From positions 186,001 to 250,000 of the forward strand of contig CM074806.1 in the NCBI GenBank assembly GCA_037447605.1: a DNA stretch of 64,000 nucleotides. The letters run 5' to 3'. A program made the translations under genes and the position numbers. Under the pieces are notes generated by a model. It made no database searches. It saw nothing but the letters and a program-made list of their open reading frames with translations, and was not told the DNA's origin. This document shows positions 39,560-49,878 of this stretch, piece by piece (the stretch's first letter is position 1; every line of letters starts with the position of its first letter). The stretch is from Zygnema circumcarinatum SAG 698-1b. Taxonomy: Eukaryota > Plantae > Zygnematophyceae.

Positions 39560-39690
39560 TACGTGGCGTGTTCTCATTGGAAACATATTGCACGTGGCGC
39601 ATTTTCATTGGAAATAACTTGACAGGCTGCAGTTCGACACGTGTCGACTCTGTACAGGAGCATAACCACGTGACGTATTCTCATTGGAGG
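39560..39690 (-). promoter_or_regulatory. Three CCAAT-N10-CACG (ERSE-I-like) elements upstream of CYP710
   Basis: Exact matches on the minus strand at 39562-39580, 39593-39611 and 39669-39687. Confidence 0.6.
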
Positions 39691-39935
39691 CTGCCACCCC
39701 TGTGTCGGCGTTGCATGCCTCTGCAAACGTTTGGGCCGCAAAAAAATTGAACCCGCTGAGCGCGCTCGCAATGCTAAACGACAAACGAGCGAGTTTCTTT
39801 CGGCTGTTTCTGCCGCAACTGCGCGCGCGCCGGCCGCCATTGGAAGAAGCGCGCGCGGTTTCGCGAAAAAAGCGGGGGGGGGGGNNNNNNNNNNGAGGGG
39901 GAGGGGGAGGGGAAGGGGGCCGAGAGGGAGGAGCC

Positions 39936-42739
39936 ATGGCGGGCAACGCGACCTCATGGGCGGGCGTGACGGGGCTGAGCGCGGGTTTGGGCGGCGGAGG
40001 TGGGGCATGGACATGGGCATGGGGATGCGGATGGAGCCCCGCGGGGTGGGGCGCGGCGCTGAGCGCGGTGGTGGTGGGCGCCGCGCTGTGGGAGGCGGCC
40101 GCGCTGCAGCTCAAGCGGCGCTGGCTGCCGGGCCCCGCCCTCACCGTGCCCTTCCTGGGCAGCGTGGCCGCCATGATTGGCGACCCCTCCAAGTTCTGGG
40201 ACGCGCAGGCACGCCCCTTCTTTTCCTCCCTCCCGCTCTCCGTCCCCCCCTCATTCCCGCACTCCCTCCTGCCCTTCCTCCCGCCTTCCGTCCCGCCCTC
40301 CCTCCTATCCTCCCTCCCTCGCGTCCTCCCTCCCGCCCTGCTCGGCGTGGGCAGCTCGCATGCCCTAGGGCCGTGGGCTCCACTTATCGCCACCCAAGGG
40401 AATGGCTGGCCGGACTGCAGGCAAAGCTGGCCATGGCCACCGGAATATCCTGGAATGCGCTTCTTGGGGCGTACGTGGTTTTCATCCGCAACTCGGAGCT
40501 TTCCCACAAGGTGTTCGCCAATGTGGGGCCCGACGGCTTCCAGCTGGTGGGCCACCCCCTGGGCCGAAAGCTTTTCGGCGAGCACAACATGATCATGATG
40601 GCTGGCGACCATCACAAGGAGCTCCGCCGCCGCCTCGCGCCACTCTTCACACTCAAAGCGCTCGGCCTCTACATCTCGCTGCAGGCAGGCCTCCCAACTC
40701 CTCCTCCTCCTCCTCCTCCTCCTCCTCCTCCTCCTTTTCCTACTCCTCCTCCTCCTCCTCTTCCTCCTCCTCCTCCTCCTCCTCCTCCTCCTCCTCCTCC
40801 TCCTCCNNNNNNNNNNCCTCCTCCTCTTCCTCCTCCTCCTCCTCCCCCTCCTCCTCCTCCCCCTCCTCCTCCTCCTCCTCACTTGGCTCGGAAAGGTGCC
40901 GCCTTTGGGGCCTAGCAGCTCAGCCCTGAAGATTGGGGTGCATGCTGAACTACAGGAGGAAGCCATTCGGCGCCACATTGCCCGCTGGTTGGAGCTGTCC
41001 AAGCAGACGGGCGAACCCCTGACCATGCGCGGCCTTCTGCGGGACATGAACCTCGAAACTTCGCAGGTGAGTGAGTGCGTAGCGGCGGTGGCCCGCAGGG
41101 CTCGGCTTCTGTATGGGCCGGGCCGGGCCGGATAGGTTGACAGCGGAGGCAAAGGCTGTGGGAGCAGACGGTGTTCGCGGGACCGTACCTCACGGTTGAG
41201 GTGCGCAGGCGCTTCAGAGACGACTACTCGCTCTTCAATAGGGGGCTGTTGGCCCTCCCATTGGACCTGCCCGGTTGTGACTTTTGGCGAGCACGCCACG
41301 CTGTGCAGCGGATCATAGCCACGCTTGCAGACTGCGCTCGACAGGTGCACTTTCGGTCTCTCTCGCCCTCTCCACCCCCTCCCTCAATCTCTCTCACTCT
41401 CCTCCCACTCTTACTCCCTCTCCCTCACTCTCTCCCTCCTCAACCATACCGCCCCCATCCCCCATTCTCGTTCCCCGTCTCCCTTTCCCCCCACTCTCCT
41501 CTCTCCCTCTCCCGTCTCGCGCTCTCTCTCTCTCCTCTCTCTCTTTCTCTTGGGAAGCATTTTCTGAGGGGTCGGAGGGGAAGCGAGGTGGCGGGGGGCA
41601 GAGCAAGGAGCGGATGGCGGCTGGCTTGGAGCCCGCGTGTTTGATGGACTTTTGGATGGTCGAGACAGTGCGGGAGCTGCGGGAAGCGGAGGCGGGTGGG
41701 CTGCCCCCGCCCCCCCACAGCTCCGACTTGGAGGTGGGGCAGCACGTGTTCGACATGCTGTTCGCCGCACAGGATGCCTCCACCTCCTCACTGGTGTGGG
41801 TGTTCACGCAGCTAGCCGCACATCCGCAGGTATTACCACACCCGACCGACCGACCGACCGACCTACCGACCGACAGGCCAATCAACCACCTCCTGCTGCT
41901 GGGCAGGCGCTGCATTGCTGATGGGCCTCTCAAGGGAGGGGGGGGGGAACGGGAGGGAGGGAGGGCGGCAGGTGCTTGAGAGAGTGCGGGCAGAGCTCAG
42001 AGAATTCCACCCAAAGGCGGAGGCCCCATACAGCCCTGATTTGCTGCGGCAGCTCTCCTACACGGAGCAGGTGATGAAGGAGATTCTTCGCATCCGCCCT
42101 CCCGCCACGTTGGTGCCGCATATTGCGGCGGTCGACTTCCCCCTCACGCCCGACTACACCATCCCGAAAGGCACAATTGTGTTCCCCTCCTTGCTGGAGT
42201 CTTCGTTTCAGGTGTTGCCCTCCCTCCCCCACCCACCCAGCCCACCCCTTCCCCCTCCCTCCCCACCCCCTGCCTCCTCCCTTTTTCCCTCTGCAGCCTC
42301 CTGTTTCCCAAAGGCGCCCTTGAGGCTGTGCAGGGCTTCAGCGAACCGCACTCCTTTGACCCCGACCGCTTCTCCCCGGAGCGGCGGGAGGACCTTCATT
42401 GCCGCCGCAATTGGCTGCTATTTGGGGCCGGCCCCCACCAGGTGTGCCCCCGTCCATATGGCCCCCCACACACTGTGAGGAGCTTAGAGGGCATTGTAGG
42501 GCTTCTAGGGTTTTCGGGTGTTAGGGGAAGCTCTGAGTGGCTGTGTGGGGACGCATGTGGGCGGGCAGTGCCTGGGACAACGCTACGCCATGAACCACAT
42601 CATGTTGTTCGTCGCCCTTCTGGCCTCCAACGTGCGGTGGGAGCGTGTGCCCTCCGAGGGCTGTGACGACATCATTTACGTGCCTACCATCATCCCCAAG
42701 GATGGCGCCTGCGTCCGCCTCTCCCGCTACTCTCACTAG
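39936..42739 (+). CDS. CYP710: Cytochrome P450 CYP710 family, sterol C-22 desaturase (523 aa by my exon trace)
   Basis: Exons 39936-40208, 40421-40684, 40956-41066, 41168-41344, 41602-41829, 41972-42211, 42334-42441, 42569-42739 total 1572 nt in frame. CYP710 I-helix LFAAQDASTSSL, EILRIRPPATLVPH, FDPDRFS and heme motif FGAGPHQ|CLG. Confidence 0.95.
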
Positions 42740-44275
42740 GCCCCAGGCACTCCCCCGCTTGCGTATGGCCATGCTCTGAACCCCCCTCCCTCCGTCTCCC
42801 ACCCTCTCTCTCCCCCCGCCTTCCCCCTCCTCCTCCCGGCCTCCCCACTCCCCACACTCCCTCCATGCCCTCTCTTCCGCCATTTCCCCGGCCTCCCCCT
42901 CCTCCCCCCTTCATTCCCTTCCCTCCCTTCCCTCCTCCGCCTTCTCTCTCATTGCCCGGGCGGTCAATAACAGAGTGGCAAGAACAAACCAGTAGGACAA
43001 CGTGCTGTTTCACATGAGACAGCTTAGAACCAAATTAGCTTTGTAAGCCCTGAAGGTGGTGTTCATATAAATATAAGGATCTTATATCCTCTCTTCCATT
43101 TTTGTGTTCTTGACTAGTACCCACTGACATTTTTTACTTTTTTTGTTCCCCCTTTCCCTTTCTCTCGCTTCGCTCTCTCCCTCCTATGTTTCACTCTCTT
43201 TCTAGTTCATCCTTTTTGTTCTTTTGTCCATTTTTTCTCAGTCCTCCCCCTCCCGCCCCGGCCCCCTTGCTCCCCCCGCCTTCACATTTCCCACTGCCTC
43301 GTCCTCTGCCTCTTAACCTTTTTCCATCGCTCGGCGCTATCGAGGTACAGAATTCTGCCGATTTATGACAACAAGTTTTGTCCCCCAAGAAGCTATGCGA
43401 TGCAAAAACCAATACTCGTTTCTTTTTGTTTTTTTACAAGCCAGAAGCAATACATGACCTTGCTTGTATTTCGCGAGGCCTCGAAAGTCACCGGCGAATA
43501 CTTGGGGAAATGAGTAGACTGGCGATTTTTGTTGACATTAGGGCGCATGAAGGCGGGACAATATTTTGGGAAAAGCACCTGAATCCTACCCATTAGGTTT
43601 TTCTTACGATGCATTGCTAAGGTAGCAGTTATTTTTAACTGGAGGAAAGTAAAGGATTCTTGGAGGGGCAACATTTTTGTGCCTGGTTCTTAGGAGACCA
43701 CTTGATTTTAAGAAAGAGAAACAACCAAACAAATAGCCATTGCAAATCCTTGACATGTGATGTTACCTCAACATTCCCCTCTACATCCACATCTCACTTC
43801 ACTACATCGCTACACAATTATTATTATTTTAGCAGCACCAAAAAAAAATGGATCAACTCATGAACTCCCGTCTGCCATGTCCTTATGTCCACTAACCGAG
43901 GTTCCATATCAGACTCAAGAGGAGCAGGTTTCGATTTTACGGTCAGTACTTCTCATGAAACGGGATTCAAAGGACTCCAAAGAAAAGAACACGTGGCATG
44001 GCCTTGAAAAAGCGGAATAGTAATTTTGAGAGCACAGCCTCTGCAGAAAGGAAAAGAAAAATAGAGGAAGAAGAAAGACAAGAAAGGACGAGAAACCCCT
44101 CGGCGAGAAACGAACGAATGAATGATCATGGACTATGAGCTGCCTCCCATTATTCACAACGGAAAAGGAGAACAAAACACTTAACTCTCTTTCATACGAG
44201 CAAGGGCACTGCTTACAAAAAGGTATTTACATGGAGGGAAGTCAACTGTGGATCGGGAAGGGGGGAAGAGCACCT

Positions 44276-47200
44276 TCATCTTTCACCTTGTTCCGCCCCT
44301 CCGCCCATTTGCGGGCCGTTGCTCGAAGCCCCTTTGTGCTCTTGGAGAGAGAGATTGATAGCCTCCAGTAACATCTTCTCTTCGTCCTGTTCTGACGAGG
44401 GGAACACCATATTCGAGCGATCCGAACCAAAAGACTCTCCACTAGTTTGCCTCAATTGACTGCTGCTCATTATCCGTGCCACTTCATCAGCTTTCTCTTC
44501 CTCAGTTTCACTCTCTCCTTGTGGAGGGACAATGGAGGTGCTCCAGGCCCACGGCAAGTGGGTACCACTATCAAGCAATTCCTTCACACTTTCTTCTTGG
44601 CACAGGTCCGGTCTCAAACCCCTACCCCTCCCCAGTGAACTGTTGCTTCTGTCAATGGTCTTCGGTTGGGAAGTATCTGAACTCTCTTCCTCACCACCTC
44701 CAGATGCCGATACTATCCCGAGTAGCTCATAAAGCGTTTCCTGCATGCTCAGACGGACCACGTATGCAAGATCCCCAAGAATAAGGCTTTCTAAGCATAT
44801 AATACGAAAGTATTGAATACTGTTCAAACGCAGACCTTCTAAATGAGACATGCAGCATAGTCTTCCGAGCGTTTAAAATGGACTTCCACTTCCACTTCCT
44901 ATCATACCAATGATGTACGATACCCACCGGCCCTTCTTGTCCCATAACATTTCTCAGCATCTTACAAACACTATCACGCAAAACTCACTTGGTCAATCTC
45001 TTCATCATCGAAGTCGATCCCAAGGTCGTTAAAGCCAGCATTCTGTACAATTGACCTCCGGGCAACTCCATTCGTTTGCAAGGCTCCCCTCGAAGGCATA
45101 ACAGCAGCCTCTGGCGGACACAACACATTGAGGAAAAATATCGATACTGAATCGTAGTAGAACGATGGGCGAGGTGAGTTATGATCCCCTGCAAACTTGA
45201 TAATGTTCTTGTCCCCCTGTCAAAGAGCCCACGCTAGCAAACAAATAAGTAGTACTCTAGTTTCAAGCTGCAGCAACTTGTTTCCCTCTAGAGCAAAGGT
45301 CTCGTGTGGTGGACTCGATGACTTTGCATGCTACTTTCACACCAATAACGCTTTGGATTCATTCCCAAAAAGACATAGCTGCTCTAAGATATGCTTTGAA
45401 CGTGACAGTCTGAAAGATCAATTCAATAGCCCTAACATAATGCTTTCAGTAGCTGATAAGCCTAGTTTCTTATGCGTCCAAGTGGTTACATACAGCGTAA
45501 ACTTTATGAATGTCGTGGGAATGATGTGGCTGGATAAAAATATCCCCCTCTGCGTGGCCAAAAAGCACCGGAATGAAGGTCCGAGGCGCCACCTGGACAC
45601 AACATATTGGAAAATGCATGCGAATGACAGGTTTTATCAGACTCTGGATATCCAGCTCCAAACATTGGGGAAGGAAGGGAAAAATGGCAAGTAGAGTTCA
45701 CTTGCCGTAAGGGAATCGAGTTCTTGGATATCAAAATTGGCCTTTTGCCGAATTAAGCGCCGCATGTACTGTACGGCAAGCTTTACCTGCGAGCCCTCAA
45801 TGAAAGTGTAAAACGAAGCCATAATTAGGATTTGAATCTTCACCCACATCAAATGAGAAGGAAAACATGTTCCTCGACAATAAACACCTCAATCAAAAGG
45901 ATGTCCACAAACGAACGCGTTAAGTGCGACAGACTTTGATAGACAGAACACGAAAGCCAGCCTTCTGCGCAGGATACAATAAACCTTCTCCTTCCGTCCT
46001 TATACAGTCTTTGTGCTGATCAGCGATGCGTGTTGGTTACACATTAAAACGATAATCCCAACATGAAACTGCCTGGAACTTAACCTAACCTAACTAATTA
46101 GGCTAACCTTAGCCTAACTTAGGAGAGAATGTGGCATTACTCCAAATTTTGGCAAACGGATCTTGTATACATCCACAAGCTCCATAATAAGTCCATGCAG
46201 ATTGGCGAAGGGCGAGTCTAGCACCATGCCAGCAATCGATGGGTCGGTAGCACCATAAAGCAGCCTGCAAACATGGAGAGAGAATTTAAGGGTCGTCATT
46301 AACTTGCATTGACTGATGTAAATGAAATGCCTGTTATGGAACAATGTGGAGATGATTAAACACAAGTTTGAAGTAATATGTTCCTTCCCACAAAATTAAA
46401 ATCTAATGCCACACGCTGAGCCATAATGTAAATGATCATAATCAATTATCTCTGATCAACAAACAAGCAGAGCTAATAGGCTGAGATTCAAAGAAACCTT
46501 ACGCTGTCACGGCACCCATTGAACGCCCCCACAGGCCTATAAGAGATGTTTTTCCTTCCACTCTAAGGTGGTCCACCACAGTGGCCAGGTCCTGCATCTG
46601 CATTCATCATCAAGTTTGGAAAAGGCATCATCAAGTGAGCTGGGGACATTCTAAAGAGGCCAATAATCCTCACAAAAACTACTCCCGTTGTTACAAACAA
46701 CAGCATTCACCTTACAGAAGTGCTAAAAAAAAAATGCCCAGCAGCAGTTGCCACTTTCCGACAGTTCAATTGCTTTGCCCTTCGCAAGTGTAACCAATGC
46801 TCCTAACTCCTGCTCAATTTCTTTCGGTATCACTTGAAAGATTCACAAAGGGGAGGAAAAATAATTTCCCTTCATTTCCTACAATTTCGTGGCAAACAGT
46901 GTTTTATTGGGATAGGATAAAACATCAAAATCTCCACCTCATAGTGGCCCAGCGTCACATATTCGCCACCTGACATCCCTGAACCCGAGAAGTCCAGTGC
47001 AAAGACTGTGATGTTGGATGGGAGCAACATAACCACGGCCTCATTTGCATCCGCACGGCATCCACTGCATGTATTGCGAGAAGGAACAACAATTGAGGAC
47101 GTCAAACCGCTGACACCGTATTCCTCGTGAGCATACATGACTAAGAAGGAGAAGATAACAACTCGGTTCTGCACGTTTCAAAATATCAAGTTGTGGTCGA

Positions 47201-47578
47201 GGCCATATTCCATGATGAGTTTCAAGCACATGGCTGTTTTTCGAGTGGCAGGCAGCCTTTGCATCCATCGTCCATGCTTGCATGGAATCGATGGCAGGTC
47301 CAAGAACAATCTGCTGCTCTGATAAATAGTTTTTACACGCTACAAGCTTACCTGTTTCCATGACAGTAGATTACACAAGGAAAGGGCTGATCGTTTGGCG
47401 GAACCTCGGGCCCATAGTGACTGCACTGCAGAGTGTGCCCTCGTGCATTGACTAGCTGCATCATTCAAACCCGAAAAAATAAAATTCAGCATGCGGAATA
47501 GCATAGCTGATAGGACAATCTCTCGACCAAGTCATGCAACAAACCAAAAGCCTGCTCATCCCGCTTCGATTGAACTAC

Positions 47579-47628
<50 letters not shown>

Positions 47629-48097
47629 CTCGGTTCGAGAAACTCTATTTATGTGAGAAGTGCAATGGAGGAAATACTTGACCTCAATGTCCTGCCTACG
47701 GTAACGACGCCCTTTTATCGTAAAAGTCGGCCCGATCAAGTCCTCTTCTAACGTATACTCCGCTCTGAACAAATTCAGCATTTTCAATATTAATGGCTTC
47801 ACCTCTTCAATGAGATCTGGATAATAGGATATGCCCAGAATTTAAATAAGCTAGCAACAATCGATAATCACGTGCTTGATCCCCCTCACGGTTAACGGAA
47901 CCACAGAAATTTGTAGGACATTATTTCCAGTAGCAAGCAGCAGAAACGTGGAGCAAACAAACACGAAACAATCGCTTTATCTCCGTATTGCATCTGCAAC
48001 AGCATCCAGCCACCGAATTTTCGCACATACTTTTCCGACCTCAAGGCTTCACTCACCGAGGGGGCCGAATGACAAAACTGACAAGCTGATCAATCAT
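44276..48097 (-). CDS. Alpha/beta-hydrolase (At3g23540/At4g14290-like); 3' end tentative
   Basis: MIDQLVSFVIRPPR|AEY, LQCSHY...PCVIYCHGNSGCRADA, FALDFSGSGMSGGEYVTLG, nucleophile GLWGRSMG, DPSIAGMVLDSPF and FVPVLFGHAEGDIFIQPHHS. Confidence 0.92.
47595..47624. repeat. (TA)n microsatellite after a poly-A run, in a hydrolase intron
   Basis: Read directly. Confidence 0.9.
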
Positions 48098-48344
48098 TGC
48101 AGCAATGAAAAAGGCAGCAACTCCCAATATTCCGAGCTGATTGAAAACGATATTGACAAAGCAAGTTCAATCTTCACATCTCCAACAACTAGCATTCTCC
48201 AAATCCTCCACTTCTCTCCACTATTGTTTTGCTGCAGGCTTGTCCTTGCAGGCCCGCCATGGCTACCGCCAGTTGTCTTGCAACGCAGGGAGCCTTGACT
48301 TTCAAACGACTCCAGCTTTGCCCTCCTCCAGTCTTTGGCAGTTC

Positions 48345-48500
48345 GCACGGTCGTACGGCCGCACATTTCCGTACTGTACTGTACGAACCAATTCGTACAT
48401 ATGTACGGAAACGTATGTCGGTACAGTACAGTACTGTACTGTATTGTATGTAGCCCGAGCGGTTGCTTTCACGTCCTGTACGGCAGCGTCTGGAACGTAC
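48345..48500. repeat. GTAC-rich fold-back
   Basis: GTACTGTACTGTAC (~48370) and GTACAGTACAGTAC (~48421) flank the central palindrome CGTACATATGTACG (~48396). Confidence 0.6.
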
Positions 48501-48634
48501 GGCCTGTGCTCTGGGCTGGAACCTCAAGAGACACACCCAAACGGCGGCACCCAAACGGCGGCCCTTCCGCCCTGGCCCTCGCCCTTGCCCTTCCCAAGGA
48601 CCCATCTTCATCCCTCTTTTGAAGAAATGGAAGT

Positions 48635-48800
48635 GGCATTGATGTCACGATGGCGGGGCTATCAAATGTACATGGAAAAAATCAGCGTGGGAAACCACGA
48701 GGAGTTGGTCGCAAAGGACCTAAGGACAAAAAAAAAGTTAGGAGCGGAAAACTACGCCCGGCTCAACAACGCAGCCCTAGAAGCAGCCGCGAAGCCTCTT
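48635..48800 (+). repeat. Dispersed repeat family, most ORF-intact copy
   Basis: Reads ALMSRWRGYQMYMEKISVGNHEELVAKDLRTKKKLGAENYARLNNAALEAAAK without stops. Confidence 0.75.
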
Positions 48801-49878
48801 TTCGTTTTCCAGTGGAGCTGGAAGTGTCATTGATCCCATTGGCATTTTTCGTTTTCCCGTTTTGAGTCTCAAGGCTTCAGAGGAGAGGAGACGCCGTACA
48901 GTCGAAGGCAGGACACTTTTGAACCTCAACGCCTGCTTTTCAAGCCGCGTTGCTATTGGGCCTGGAAGCAGAGCTCCATAGCTCATGGCTCCGTTCTGTC
49001 GTCCTTAGGTCCTTCATGATGGGTTCCCGGTGGTCCCACATGTTGTTTCGAGGCATCGCCATGAGTGAGACCCATGCGGCCATGCCATGCCACATCCATC
49101 ACAAAGTTGCAAGTCGCAAGGTTGCTGTGTGGCTTCATTGGCTTGGCGTGGCCTGGGGTGTGGACTGAGGGCAAGGGGCGTGGCTTGGCATTTGGGACGT
49201 CCAGATTTCACTAGGGTTTCCTTTATCGGCACTGATTACTGACGGTACCAACGACTGGTGGTCGGTTTCCACGTTTCCAACCATGGGTTGGATTGTAATC
49301 GCAGGCCCATGCACAAGCCCCATGCATGCATGCATGCCAAGCGCGTTCACACGACTCACTGCGATTCGTTGAAAAACGAGAATGGGCATACGTTGTAAGT
49401 TTTTGCACCATATCAGCGCATGTAATCCGTCGGTCCGATTGTTAATGTTAATGTGAGGGTCATACTTCAAACTATTTGAGTTGAGAGCGGAAACTTTCAT
49501 TGAACTCGCGAAGGCGAGGCCAAGGAAAGTTGGGTCCAGGTAGACTAGAACTTAGAGACAATATTCAACGACTCGAACATGGTACAGACAGAGCTTAACC
49601 CCCCCCCTAGCATCAAAGGGACTACCAAGTTCGCTGTGCGTTTTATCTACTCGAAACCCAATAACGAACACCTGGTGTTTGTTGTTGCTTTACCACAGTT
49701 ACAAACTAACAAGTATACACACACACGCGCACACACACACGCCATGCTTCGTAAATTTTGAGCCTCCACGCCCACCAACCCTAAAACCCTAAAACCCGAA
49801 AATGAGCACCACGAGCGGCGGCAGCAGCAGCAGCAGCGGGTGGAGGTCCGTCCGCATGGCCGGCGGCGGCGGCGGCGG

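Noticed and set aside
39605-41350. 581-aa minus-strand ORF and other long ORFs overlapping CYP710
   Set aside because: Antisense shadows of GC-rich coding sequence and CCT repeats, running through N gaps.
43368-43682. Possible MITE with ~24-bp inverted ends
   Set aside because: Too many mismatches between the ends and no TSD.
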